Assembly: GCA_963737065.1 (NCBI GenBank) | Contig: CAVTRC010000001.1 | Coordinates: 1,376,001-1,440,000, forward strand | DNA: 64,000 bases | Direction: 5' to 3' | From: Candidatus Eremiobacteria bacterium | GTDB lineage: Bacteria > Vulcanimicrobiota > Vulcanimicrobiia > Vulcanimicrobiales > Vulcanimicrobiaceae | Part shown: one piece after another, positions 1 to 9,661 of the stretch | Numbering within the stretch: position 1 is the stretch's first letter | Layout: the number at the start of each line of letters is the position of its first letter | Notes under the pieces: model-generated | Told to the model about the DNA's origin: nothing | What the model saw: only the letters and a program-made list of their open reading frames with translations | Databases searched by the model: none | Translations under genes and position numbers: made by a program

Positions 1-867
1 GTGAGAAGGATTCGTCGCTCCCACGATCGCGCTCGTGATCGCGGGTTCGCGCAACGCCCAGGCAAGTGCGAGCTGTGCCGGCGAAATACCCGCCTCTTGC
101 GCGAGCGGCTTCACGCGCGCCACCGCATCGAGGACCGGCTGCGTGAAGTAGTCTTCCATGAATTCGCGGTATTGGCTTGCGGCGCGTGAACCGGCCGGCG
201 GATGCGAAGCGTCGGCATACTTACCGCTCAAGATTCCCATCGCGAGCGGCGACCACACGACGTTTCCCATGCCATACCGTTCGCACGTCGGAAGGACTCG
301 TCGTTCGATGCGCCGCCATAACGCGCTGTATTGTGGTTGATTGCTGACCGGTATGCTCCAGCCGCGCACGCGGCATAGATTTACCGCGCTCGCAATTTGA
401 TCGGCATTCCATTCCGAGACGCCCCAATAGAGAATTGTGCCCGCACGCACGAGATCGTTCATCATTTCGCACGTCTCTTCGATCGGCGTTTCATCGTCGT
501 ACCGATGACACTGATAGAGGTCGATGTACTCGACCTTCAATCGCTGGAGCGATTTATAAACCTCGTCGCGGATATGTTTGCGCGACAGCCCGCGCTCGTT
601 CGGCGTCTCACCCGTCGGCCAAAACAGTTTCGTCCCGATAACGAGCGTCTCGCGCGGCAGTTCGGCGAGAATCGGGCCGAGAGCTTCTTCGGCTTTTCCC
701 TTTGAATACGTGCTCGCCGTGTCGAAGAACGTAACGCCGCTCTCGTAAGCGATCCGTACGCATTCACGTGTTGCGCTTTGATCGACGGTGTTCCCGAACG
801 TCAACCACGATCCCAGGCCGATAACGGAAAGCTTCAGTCCCGAGTGTCCCAACGTTCTGTAGTGCAT
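1..867 (-). CDS. Aldo/keto reductase (Kv-beta/Tas-like), runs off the left edge
   Basis: Manual translation from ATG at 867: MHYRTLGHSGLKLSVIGLGSWLTFG...GVTFFDTASTYSKGKAEEALG, the typical AKR N-terminus. Absent from the ORF track because no stop lies in the window. Confidence 0.9.
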   Translation of the reverse strand, partial: MHYRTLGHSGLKLSVIGLGSWLTFGNTVDQSATRECVRIAYESGVTFFDTASTYSKGKAEEALGPILAELPRETLVIGTKLFWPTGETPNERGLSRKHIRDEVYKSLQRLKVEYIDLYQCHRYDDETPIEETCEMMNDLVRAGTILYWGVSEWNADQIASAVNLCRVRGWSIPVSNQPQYSALWRRIERRVLPTCERYGMGNVVWSPLAMGILSGKYADASHPPAGSRAASQYREFMEDYFTQPVLDAVARVKPLAQEAGISPAQLALAWALREPAITSAIVGATNPSH

Positions 868-873
868 CTACGC

Positions 874-1710
874 TCACTGCGGCACGAAGACACGCAGCGC
901 CTTCGGCAAAATCTCGAACGTCGCCGGCGTCTTGCCCGCCGGCTCGGCATCGGCGGTGATATGATGCGCGTGAGGCGTGCGAACTTCGAAACGTTTTCCA
1001 CGCAGCGTGCGCAAGCCCGGTACATTGCTCCGCCGGCCTCCCAATATCGCGCGCCCAACTGCGAATGCTTCCCACGCGTTTTTAATGTCGACGGAATAAA
1101 GATCGAGCCACCCGTCATCGATCGCAGCGTCCGAAACCGAGAGAAAGCCGCCGAAACGATAGCTGTTTGCAATCGTCAATTGAATCGTTCGCAAGTGCTC
1201 GGTCCCGCCCGCGTGAACGACTTCGGCATGAATCGGACGCGCATGACGGAACGCCTGCACGGCAGTAGCAAGAACACCGAGAAATCCGAAACGTTGCTTG
1301 AGCTCCGGCGTCTGGAGCCGCGAGATTCGGCTCGAAACACCGATGCTCGATTCATTTACAAAATAGTGGCCGTTCACACGTCCGACGTCGATGGCCTGTT
1401 CGTGCCTGCGCGCGATGATGTCGACCGCGCCGCGGACGTCGACCGGCACGCGAAGCGTGCGCGCGAGTTCGTTGAACGTTCCAAGGGGAATCATCCCGAG
1501 CGGCAGATCGCGTTCGAGTGCCAAGCCGATCGCGCTGAGCAGAGTGCCATCTCCACCCGCCGCAACGATACAATCGGCATCGCCGGCGATATCGTCCGGC
1601 CAGCCCTCTTCCACGAACTCGACTCCGGAGTCGTGAAGCGCAGCGCGCACCTCCGGAGCCGCTTGCGCGCCGCGCCGGGACCGCATGTTGATTACCAATT
1701 GTGCGAACAT
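874..1710 (-). CDS. Diacylglycerol/lipid kinase, YegS/BmrU family
   Basis: AAGGDGT, PLGTFNELAR, NGHYFVN and DDGWLD motifs; start trimmed to MFAQLVIN. Confidence 0.9.
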   Translation of the reverse strand: MFAQLVINMRSRRGAQAAPEVRAALHDSGVEFVEEGWPDDIAGDADCIVAAGGDGTLLSAIGLALERDLPLGMIPLGTFNELARTLRVPVDVRGAVDIIARRHEQAIDVGRVNGHYFVNESSIGVSSRISRLQTPELKQRFGFLGVLATAVQAFRHARPIHAEVVHAGGTEHLRTIQLTIANSYRFGGFLSVSDAAIDDGWLDLYSVDIKNAWEAFAVGRAILGGRRSNVPGLRTLRGKRFEVRTPHAHHITADAEPAGKTPATFEILPKALRVFVPQ

Positions 1711-1720
1711 GATCTCACGC

Positions 1721-2605
1721 TTAGGACGGCCGCGTCGCCGCGGCCGGTGCGGGAAACGTGCCCGGCGGCGAAACGGTTGGAAATGCGATGCGCACGTAAT
1801 CGATGAACAATCGCACGTGTTGCCGTCCGAGCTTGGCGCCCGCGTCGAACGAGATCTCTCCCCGTTCGACGACATAATACGAACCGACGCGTGCGATGTG
1901 CAACTCGACGTAACCGTTGCGATCGATGAGATCGCTGTGTTCGAGCGCAAAGCGAATCGTGCAGATCGTTTGCGTCGATGCTTGCACGCCGATGTCGGTT
2001 GCGGGATGCCGCGCCGCGTCGTCGCGCGCGGTCAGACGAATGAGACGCGCGGTTGAGTTGTCGGCGCACGTTGTCCACCCGCCGTCGCGTGCGCGATAGA
2101 TTCCAGGATCGAACGAATGGACGATGGCGATGACCGGCATTTCGCGGCTCGTCGCTGCGGCCGTTGCTAGAGGAGCCGGCTCGGGCCGCGCCGTTGCTTC
2201 TTGCATCCCAAACCGCATCCACGAGTCGATGCCGCCCCACGTCGCATTGAGCGCCGGGAAACGCGTGACGGCGCGCGCGGTGTCGAGTTGCACGGACGTC
2301 ATGTTGTCTTTTGTGCGAACGAGGACCGGCCACCACCGCGACGTGTCGCCAAGCGCGGGGCCAACGGAGAATCCGAACTCGGCCTCGCCGCTTTGCGGGT
2401 CGCGACTGACATAAAACGTTGCGCCGGACGCGCGCACGACGGCGTCGTACGAAACGAGCGGCGGCTGAGGCAGATGCGACATATGGCTGATCACCGACCG
2501 ATAATACGCGTCAACGCTCTCCAATTCATCGGCGCGCACGGCTGCGTCACGCATCAGCACGCACGCGACTACGATCGTTACGAGCACGTCGAGTCGGCGT
2601 CTCAT
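1721..2605 (-). CDS. Hypothetical secreted protein
   Basis: Long ORF with signal-peptide-like N-terminus MRRRLDVLVTIVVACVLMRDAAVRA. Confidence 0.65.
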   Translation of the reverse strand: MRRRLDVLVTIVVACVLMRDAAVRADELESVDAYYRSVISHMSHLPQPPLVSYDAVVRASGATFYVSRDPQSGEAEFGFSVGPALGDTSRWWPVLVRTKDNMTSVQLDTARAVTRFPALNATWGGIDSWMRFGMQEATARPEPAPLATAAATSREMPVIAIVHSFDPGIYRARDGGWTTCADNSTARLIRLTARDDAARHPATDIGVQASTQTICTIRFALEHSDLIDRNGYVELHIARVGSYYVVERGEISFDAGAKLGRQHVRLFIDYVRIAFPTVSPPGTFPAPAAATRPS

Positions 2606-2654
2606 CGGTTTATTATCGCGTGTTCCGAGCAATCGGGCCAGCCCGCGGCGGTTC

Positions 2655-2691
2655 AAAAAGCGAAGCGGCCCGACTCAAGGAGCCGGACCGC
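2655..2691 (-). terminator. Intrinsic terminator
   Basis: Minus strand GCGGTCCGGCTC-CTT-GAGTCGGGCCGC followed by TTCGCTTTTT; the two G-U pairs form only on the minus strand. Confidence 0.75.
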
Positions 2692-2815
2692 GTTCGTTCG
2701 CGAGGAGTGCGAAGCAGGAGTACGTTCTCGCGAAACTTGGATATGACGAAGCGAACGCGGCATAAACGCTGCAGCGAACGCGGTTGCTTATTGAATTGAG
2801 GAGTGATATGCAACC
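2655..2815 (-). ncRNA. Candidate small RNA or attenuator with four CUCCU motifs
   Basis: Intergenic segment with nested inverted repeats ending in the terminator above; no family recognised. Confidence 0.35.
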
Positions 2816-2858
2816 ACCCTAGACTTCGGCTATTTCCGGCTTCCGCTTTAGCTACGAA

Positions 2859-4757
2859 CTAGAGCATCGACAACGCTTGCGTCGCGGCCCGCTCGCCTTC
2901 GATCACCGCGCCGGTCCAGTTCTGGCGTCCGCGCAGTTCCGAATGGCCGAACGAAATGCGCCCAAACGGCCGGCGCAGCGTTTGTAGCGGACCGGGCGAA
3001 CCGTTCGGCCCGAAATACCACCCGGGCGCCGGAGAGATGTACGCGTGTCCCCAGCGATTTAAAACGATGCCTGCGATATCGCGCTTGGCGTCGAAACCCG
3101 CGCGGCCGAACAGACGCTGCAACTGCGTGCGGATCTGCCGCTCGAAATCGGCATAGCTCGTCGTCAACATGCGAACGCGTCCGGCCGTCGTTTGGTCCGC
3201 GAGCGACATCCCGGGTTGCGGGAATCCGGTGTACATCGTGAACATCGCCGGAAGAGAAGGATCGAGCGGCGGACGGTACGAGCCGAAGAGCATCGGCTGT
3301 CGAATGTTCCCCCAGAAGCCGTACCCGCTGAACCATCGAGCTCCCGTTATCCCGAGTTTCGCGAGCGGCCGCCACTGTCGAAGCGCAACATTCGCGACCA
3401 GACTCGGTGCGTGGTGGAACGTGTCGTACGCAGCACGGTAGGTCTGTGGAAGGTCGCGCACGACGCGCTTTGCAACCCAGCCGCCGATCGTCACGACGAC
3501 CGCGCGTGCCTGCACCGCGTCGAGCGATCCACCGCGTTCGTACACCACGCGGACGCCTTTGGCGCTCGACGCTTCGCCGTCGTGGTGCACCGCGATTGCC
3601 GTGCTCGCAAGACGAATGCGTACCGACGAACCGGCACGATCGAATTCGTTGAAGTCGAACGGCGCATCGACGATGTTGGCAAATGTGCGGTCGCCGGTAA
3701 TTGCGGATGGAATCAAAGCTTCGACAAGATGACGCGCGATCGTGCCGTTTCCCCCGGGAAACGAAAAGACCGATGAATCCGGCGTCTGCTTCACACGGGG
3801 AGCGACGCCCGGAAGCCCGAGAAGCTTGGCACCGTATGCGGACACGGCGTCGGCGCTCGCAGCATAGCTCGTCGTTCCGGTAAGCGAATCAGCCAGACGA
3901 ACTACCGCGGGGCCGAGGCCCATCACGTTACGAATGAACGCGCCGTACGACATCGAGTCGAGCCATGGTCCAACGGGCGCACCGTTGGGCGAGCTAAACT
4001 CCTTTTCGTTATTGTGCCACGCGAGCAGATCTGCGCGCGTTCGTTCGTCGAACGGCACTCCACGCAAACCGTCGGAGAAGATGTCGCGATAGAAACCGTG
4101 CACGCCGAACGGACCGCCATCGAAGAACCACCCGACGTTCGCCGTCGCTTCGTCCCAATACCACGGTTCGAAGTTGTCGCGCGCAAAACGCAGGCCGGCC
4201 GCCGCACCCGTCGGTTCAACGAACTCGAAATGACGCGGAATACCGAGTTCGTCCCACAGCGCACCGATGACCGGGTCGCTCGTAGGCGGAACGTTCGTAT
4301 CGTTCGATGCTTGCGGCCCGAAAAGGCGCACGCCGTCGACGTCGATTTCGTTCTGTTTCGCTTCGCCGCCCGGGATCGGGTGGTTCTCGACGATGAGCAC
4401 GCGTGCGTTCGGATGATGTTTGCGAACGGTATACGCAGCCGACAAGCCCGCAATTCCGCCGCCAATGATGACGACGTCGTACACTTCATCGACGAGTCGA
4501 GCGGAGGCGATACGCGCTTCGTATCGTCCGTCACGCAACGCATGCGCAGCGTTGACGACCGGTGCCGTATTGCCGTTCGAACGCGCATAGTCGCCGACAC
4601 CGCCATACCCGGTGAACGCGTCGGTGAGACCTTGCGCGTCTGCGGCAACCGGGGCGTAAAGCAGTGCGGCGCCAGCACCGGCAAGAACACCGTTGACAAA
4701 ATCGCGGCGCGTGATCGTTTCGCCCAGTCCGAGCTCTCGATCATCGTTGCAGTTCAT
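2859..4757 (-). CDS. Tat-exported FAD-dependent oxidoreductase, spermidine dehydrogenase (SpdH)-like
   Basis: ITRRDFVNG Tat motif, GGGIAG FAD motif, ENHPIPGGEAKQNE, FPGGNGTIARHL and NRWGHAY. Confidence 0.8.
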   Translation of the reverse strand: MNCNDDRELGLGETITRRDFVNGVLAGAGAALLYAPVAADAQGLTDAFTGYGGVGDYARSNGNTAPVVNAAHALRDGRYEARIASARLVDEVYDVVIIGGGIAGLSAAYTVRKHHPNARVLIVENHPIPGGEAKQNEIDVDGVRLFGPQASNDTNVPPTSDPVIGALWDELGIPRHFEFVEPTGAAAGLRFARDNFEPWYWDEATANVGWFFDGGPFGVHGFYRDIFSDGLRGVPFDERTRADLLAWHNNEKEFSSPNGAPVGPWLDSMSYGAFIRNVMGLGPAVVRLADSLTGTTSYAASADAVSAYGAKLLGLPGVAPRVKQTPDSSVFSFPGGNGTIARHLVEALIPSAITGDRTFANIVDAPFDFNEFDRAGSSVRIRLASTAIAVHHDGEASSAKGVRVVYERGGSLDAVQARAVVVTIGGWVAKRVVRDLPQTYRAAYDTFHHAPSLVANVALRQWRPLAKLGITGARWFSGYGFWGNIRQPMLFGSYRPPLDPSLPAMFTMYTGFPQPGMSLADQTTAGRVRMLTTSYADFERQIRTQLQRLFGRAGFDAKRDIAGIVLNRWGHAYISPAPGWYFGPNGSPGPLQTLRRPFGRISFGHSELRGRQNWTGAVIEGERAATQALSML

Positions 4758-4884
4758 CGCTATCTCGCCGTTTCAGATCTATTGGTCAATTCGGAGCTTT
4801 CCGATTCTGTTCAGAGAACTGTTGGGACGTTCCCGTTTCAAAGCGGGGACGGCGAAACGCATTACGGCAGAAACATTCTCGCGA

Positions 4885-5430
4885 TTAACGAATATCGATT
4901 TGCCGGACGATTTCGCGCGCCGACGACCGTACTGCTGCCGAAGCTGCACTCAATCGCTCATTCCCAATGTGAGTGACTTCGTCGAGGCGCCAGATGCCGA
5001 GGCTGCGCCACGCTGGATTGTAATAACACCACCATTGCACGCCGGCGTACATTTCCAAGTCGAAGATTTGCTTTGACCAAGCTTGAGTGATCGAACGATC
5101 CCGGGTAATCACATGGCTCGGTTGCGTAATCCCAAGCGCAGCAAGCATTGCAATATTGTCGAGGTCACATATTGCAGTCGTGTCCGGCGCCTCGTAGGCT
5201 ACGAGCGCTATCGCAAGGCCGGATGCATGAACGAAGTCCGCTGGACGCCAAATCGCCAGTCGGCCGAAAGCCTCGGCGATCGCTGCTTCAGGAGTATCCG
5301 CGACGTAAAGGACCTTGTACTGAGCCGGATTATCGGCGCGCCCGGCGCTACTTCCGGGAATGTAAAAAGCGCCACCCTTTTGTTTTGGGTCGGCGCCTCG
5401 ATCAAAAGGAATCACTCGATAGAGTTTCAG
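4885..5430 (-). CDS. RES-domain toxin (NAD+-targeting family)
   Basis: LYRV...GRADNP...VLYVADTPEAAIAE motifs, downstream of an Xre/MbcA-like antitoxin; likely CTG start at 5430. Confidence 0.85.
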   Translation of the reverse strand: MKLYRVIPFDRGADPKQKGGAFYIPGSSAGRADNPAQYKVLYVADTPEAAIAEAFGRLAIWRPADFVHASGLAIALVAYEAPDTTAICDLDNIAMLAALGITQPSHVITRDRSITQAWSKQIFDLEMYAGVQWWCYYNPAWRSLGIWRLDEVTHIGNERLSAASAAVRSSAREIVRQIDIR

Positions 5431-5807
5431 GCGTACGCTCCCGCGTCGATCGCATCAAGCGCCTGAATCAGCGGACCTGCTCCACGCATTACGAGAACGT
5501 CGATGGGGCGGCCATGATCCAGAAACGGCTCGTTTCCCACAAGCCAACGCATGGCCGTATCGGCTTTGAAAACTTGCAACGCCCTGTTCATTACGTCATG
5601 GACGTCAATGACGCGTTTTGCCATTTCCGCGCTCATTTTTCGGTGCCCGGATGTCCAGTTCACGATTGTCGAATGGTCAGCATCGAGAAGTACCGCAAGC
5701 GGTCGAGGGCCGAACGCGCGAACGAGCCGTTCGAGCAACGGCTGCACTGTAGCTAGCTCCTCGGGGTGAGCGGGTGGTTGAATTTCCTGTACGGGTACGG
5801 TCCACAT
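5427..5807 (-). CDS. Antitoxin Xre/MbcA/ParS family (HTH + DUF2384)
   Basis: HTH-like LAVLLDADHSTIVNW and C-terminal AMRWLVGNEPFLDHGRPIDVL...DAIDAGAYA. Confidence 0.85.
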   Translation of the reverse strand: MWTVPVQEIQPPAHPEELATVQPLLERLVRAFGPRPLAVLLDADHSTIVNWTSGHRKMSAEMAKRVIDVHDVMNRALQVFKADTAMRWLVGNEPFLDHGRPIDVLVMRGAGPLIQALDAIDAGAYA

Positions 5808-5830
5808 GCGTGCTGTCTCCCCTAAACGAA

Positions 5831-5867
5831 AGTATACCGCCGCAGCGCGAAACCGTAAACTGGTTTC
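5831..5867 (-). promoter_or_regulatory. Sigma70 promoter with palindromic operator of the TA operon
   Basis: TTTACG-N17-TATACT on the minus strand; GAAACC-N7-GGTTTC palindrome (5849-5867) covers the -35 box. Confidence 0.7.
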
Positions 5868-6535
5868 CGAAGTCGAGGCACTCGCGAGCGGCGCGATCGG
5901 GCGGCAATACTACATGCCCGCACAAAAGGTCGCTCGAAAAAGTTGTTTTTGCCAGCCTAGAGCTGCAGAAACCGCATTTGCGGCCGTGCGCGTTGAGCGC
6001 TGCGCGTTTAGCGCCACTCGTCCCGACCGCCGCGCTTGGTGTTACGCAAGCGCTCGATGTGAATCGGCGCGTCGGAATTCGATTTCGAGCGCGCGATCGA
6101 TTGCGCCGGCCTGCGTGGCGGCGATGGCACTTGCGCGCTTAACTCGGCTTCGACTTGCTCGCGGTAAGAATCGTCTTGAGGCTCGCGCGTTGCATCCGCG
6201 TCAAGGTCATAACGGTGCGCGGCTCACGGACATTGGTGCGGTTAACTGCGATAGTTCTTGTGTACGTGGCGCTTGCCATCGCTTTCTTTGCAGAAGGCGC
6301 TCCGACTCATGGAGTTGTTCCAGGCTTTAGATAACGTCGTTGGAGCGATGGGCGTGTTCGCTGAGTTTATCCGGTTTGACGCTTTGCAGACCGTGCGCCC
6401 TTGCGAAAAGGTGGCCGGCGCGAAAGGCGTGGCACAAGTAATAAAAACCCAACGGAAAGTGCCACTTCGTGCAAAACCAACAACAGTCGCCCGGAATTCT
6501 AAAGACCCGGGAGTTTCTGGAGCTGGACATTGTTT

Positions 6536-6622
6536 TGGTGCTCAGGAAGGGACTCGAACCCCCACGATGTTGCCACCACTGGTACCTGAAACCAGCGCGT
6601 CTACCAATTCCGCCACCTGAGC
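6536..6622 (-). tRNA. tRNA-Leu (anticodon CAG)
   Basis: GCTCAGG acceptor stem, D-loop GGAATTGGTAGAC, anticodon arm CTGGT-TTCAGGT-ACCAG, long variable arm, GTTCGAGTC T-loop and encoded CCA. Confidence 0.97.
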
Positions 6623-6675
6623 TCAGTCCATCGCGCTTCGCGCGTCGTCCCCTTCGCGCAGCCGGAGTCGATTCG

Positions 6676-6702
6676 TGAAACTCGCTAGTCTTCCTCGGGG
6701 TT
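6676..6702 (+). promoter_or_regulatory. Putative ECF-sigma promoter upstream of the htrA-like gene
   Basis: TGAAAC-N17-GGTT. Confidence 0.35.
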
Positions 6703-6714
6703 TGCGGTTCCACG

Positions 6715-7674
6715 ATGTCCGCAGTTAGAGTTGTCTCGCACGCAACGGTCGCACCTCAACCCGCGCTTGATGCATACTCGCGTGCCGTTACGGGCGCCGC
6801 GGAACTGGTCAGTCCATCGGTCGTGGCGATCGAGGTGCTCAACGGGCGTCGCTCGGGAAACGGTTCGGGATTCGTCTTTACGCCCGACGGCTTCGTGCTT
6901 ACGAACAGCCACGTCGTTCACAAGGCGCAGCACGTGCGCGTTGCGCTCTTGGACGGGCAAGATCTGCCGGCGGAGATTATCGGCGACGATCCGCATACCG
7001 ATCTCGCCGTACTTCGTATCGATGCGCCGGATATCGTCGCCGCCGCGCTTGGCGATTCATCAGCCTTGCGACCGGGTCAGCTCGTCGTCGCGGTCGGGAA
7101 TCCGTACGGCCTTGCGTATACCGTGACCGCCGGCGTCGTCAGCGCGCTCGGGCGCACGCTGCGCTCGCAGTCCGGACGCTTGATGGACAACATCATCCAA
7201 ACGGATGCGGCACTCAATCCCGGCAACTCCGGCGGACCGCTCGTAACGGCGACCGGGGAAGTAATCGGCGTGAACACCGCCGTGCTTCCCGGTCAGGGAC
7301 TTTGCTTTGCAATCGCCATCAACACGGTGAAACACGTTGCCAGTCTGTTGATTCGCGATGGGAAAGTTCGTCGCGGCTACTTCGGAATCGGAGGACAGGA
7401 CATCACGCTCTCGCGTGCCGCTGCGCGGCGTTTCGAACTCCTCGATCCGCGTGCTGTATTGGTCGGTTCCGTAGAACCAGGCAGTCCTGCATCGACCGCA
7501 CGGTTGCAAGAAGGCGACGTCCTTATTGGAATTGAAGGCGAACGGATTCTGGGAATCGACGACCTGCACAAACGGCTCACGTCGATCGATCTCCGCCGTC
7601 CGTATAAGCTCGACGTTGCGCGCAAGAGCGAACGGTTCCAAACGATTATTTTGCCCGTCGAATCGCCTGCATGA
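6715..7674 (+). CDS. S1C (HtrA/DegQ-like) serine protease with PDZ domain
   Basis: GSGFVF, LTNSHVV, DLAVLRI and [16 protein letters not shown] catalytic triad motifs. Confidence 0.95.
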   Translation: MSAVRVVSHATVAPQPALDAYSRAVTGAAELVSPSVVAIEVLNGRRSGNGSGFVFTPDGFVLTNSHVVHKAQHVRVALLDGQDLPAEIIGDDPHTDLAVLRIDAPDIVAAALGDSSALRPGQLVVAVGNPYGLAYTVTAGVVSALGRTLRSQSGRLMDNIIQTDAALNPGNSGGPLVTATGEVIGVNTAVLPGQGLCFAIAINTVKHVASLLIRDGKVRRGYFGIGGQDITLSRAAARRFELLDPRAVLVGSVEPGSPASTARLQEGDVLIGIEGERILGIDDLHKRLTSIDLRRPYKLDVARKSERFQTIILPVESPA

Positions 7675-8885
7675 TCCGCAAACTCGCGCCGATTCTCGGC
7701 ATCACGTTTATCGACATCATCGGATTCAGCATGCTGCTTCCGATTTTGCCGTATTTCGTGACGCACTTCGGCATGAGCGCGATCGTCGTCGGCATCTTGC
7801 TCTCCACCTTCTCGCTCTGCCAGCTGATTTCGGGACCGATTTGGGGCAACGTTTCCGATCGCGTCGGACGCAAGACGGTTCTCATCATCAGCCAAATCGG
7901 TGCGACGATCGGATGGGCGATGCTCGCATTTGCTCCCAACATCCTGTGGATCTTCATCGCGCGCATCGTCGAAGGCATTTCCGGCGGCAACATCGGCATC
8001 ACGCAAGCGTATGTTGCGGATCTCGTGGAGCCGAAGCAACGAGCGAAAGCATTCGGCTTGATCAGCGCGACGTTTGCGGCGGGGATGGTGTTCGGACCCG
8101 CGGGGGGCGGTCTGCTCTACTCGAGATTCGGCTTTGCCGCGCCGTTCCTCGCCGCATCGGCGCTGCAATTGATCACGCTGATTCTGACCGTGATCCTTCT
8201 GCCCGAATCGCGCTCGAAGCTTCAGCGCGGGACGGAGCACGTCGGCACACGCGAAATCTTCGCGACGTTCACGAACGCACGGCTCTCGCCCATACTCTTA
8301 CAGAAACTCGCACTATCGCTTGCGCTTTACGGCTGGTACTCCGCGATCGCACTGTACCTTGCCGGTCAGATGCGCTTCGGCGTCGTACAAACCACGCAGT
8401 ACTTCTCGCTCTTTGCGATTGTGAACGTCGTAATCAACGGCGTCGGCGTCGGCAAGGCGTCCAATCGACTCGGCGACCGCGTGATGTCGTCACTTGGGCT
8501 CGCCCTGCTTGTCGCAGCCTTCGCCGCAGCGCCGTTCGTCCACAACATCTACACGCTTACGGGCGTGATGATTCTTTTCGCGGTCGGCGGTGCGTTCGCG
8601 AACAACGGTCTGGTCGCGATGATTTCCAACGTAGCGACGGAGCGCGAACAAGGCACGGTATTAGGGGTGTCGTCCTCGCTCGACTCGCTTTCGGGAATTT
8701 TCGCGCCGCCGGTTTCGACGGGATTGCTTGCGCGGTACGGGTCGCCGTTTGCGAGCGTCGAACCGTTGATCATGTCGGCGATCGCGCTCGCGCTCGGCGT
8801 CCGAAACTCGTTGCATGCACCGCGCGTAGCTCATGGGGTCACCGACGCATCCGTCATCACACCGCCTGCTGAGGAGCTCGTATGA
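7671..8885 (+). CDS. MFS transporter, TetA/DHA1-like
   Basis: SDRVGRK motif A and about 12 hydrophobic segments. Confidence 0.9.
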   Translation: MIRKLAPILGITFIDIIGFSMLLPILPYFVTHFGMSAIVVGILLSTFSLCQLISGPIWGNVSDRVGRKTVLIISQIGATIGWAMLAFAPNILWIFIARIVEGISGGNIGITQAYVADLVEPKQRAKAFGLISATFAAGMVFGPAGGGLLYSRFGFAAPFLAASALQLITLILTVILLPESRSKLQRGTEHVGTREIFATFTNARLSPILLQKLALSLALYGWYSAIALYLAGQMRFGVVQTTQYFSLFAIVNVVINGVGVGKASNRLGDRVMSSLGLALLVAAFAAAPFVHNIYTLTGVMILFAVGGAFANNGLVAMISNVATEREQGTVLGVSSSLDSLSGIFAPPVSTGLLARYGSPFASVEPLIMSAIALALGVRNSLHAPRVAHGVTDASVITPPAEELV

Positions 8886-9661
8886 AGACGAAGATTACCG
8901 GTACCACATTACCCGTTCTGGAAGTTGGCCTCGAACCGGGCGATAAAATCGTCGCCGAGCCCGGTGAGTTTTCATGGATGACGGAGAACGTGCAGCTGAA
9001 TACGACGGCTATGACGGCCGGCGCAAAAGGATTTATGGGCGTGATCGGCCGGGCGTTGTCCGGCGGCGGCATTTTCATGACCGAGTATTTCACGCAAGGC
9101 GGAAACGGCTTGATCGCGTTCGCCTCGAAGATGCCGGGCCAAATCATGCAAGTCGACGTGGAGCCGGGGCGCGAGTATATGATTCACCGGCACGGCTTCT
9201 TGTGCGCGACGCACGGCGTCGAGTTGAATATGGGTTTCCAGCGTTCGCTCGGCGCCGGAATCTTCGGCGGGAACGGCTTCATCTTACAGCGCTTGAGCGG
9301 AACCTGCACGGCGTGGGTGGAGCTCGGCGGTGAGATCGTCACGTACGACCTTGCACCGGGCGAATCGATTCAGGTTCATCCCGGGCACATCGGCATGTTC
9401 GAATCGACCGTTAACTTCGACATCACGCTCATGCGCGGCATCACGAACGCGGTATTCGGAGGCGACGGTTTGTTCATCGCGCGTTTGACCGGCCCCGGTA
9501 AACTTTGGCTGCAAACGCTCACGATGCCGAATCTTGCTCACGCATTGATTCCCTACATCGGAAGACAAGAAGCGCAAACTGCCGCGCAAACGGGAGTCGC
9601 GGGCGGTGTTGCAGGCGGCGTCGCGGCGTCTGTTCTGAAGAACCTATTCGGAGATCAATAA
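8882..9661 (+). CDS. AIM24/TIGR00266 family protein
   Basis: GTTLPVLEVGL, GIFGGNGFILQRLSG and FGGDGLF..LTGPGKLWLQT motifs. Confidence 0.9.
   Translation: MKTKITGTTLPVLEVGLEPGDKIVAEPGEFSWMTENVQLNTTAMTAGAKGFMGVIGRALSGGGIFMTEYFTQGGNGLIAFASKMPGQIMQVDVEPGREYMIHRHGFLCATHGVELNMGFQRSLGAGIFGGNGFILQRLSGTCTAWVELGGEIVTYDLAPGESIQVHPGHIGMFESTVNFDITLMRGITNAVFGGDGLFIARLTGPGKLWLQTLTMPNLAHALIPYIGRQEAQTAAQTGVAGGVAGGVAASVLKNLFGDQ

Noticed and set aside
2798..2822. GAGGAG RBS followed by the mini-ORF MQPP on the plus strand
   Set aside because: Only four codons; better explained as the complement of a CUCCU motif of the minus-strand element
4760..4885. Possible attR duplicate of the tRNA-Leu 3' end
   Set aside because: No matching sequence found
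5806..6330. 174-aa plus-strand ORF near the TA pair
   Set aside because: Overlaps the TA promoter, has unnatural composition and no RBS
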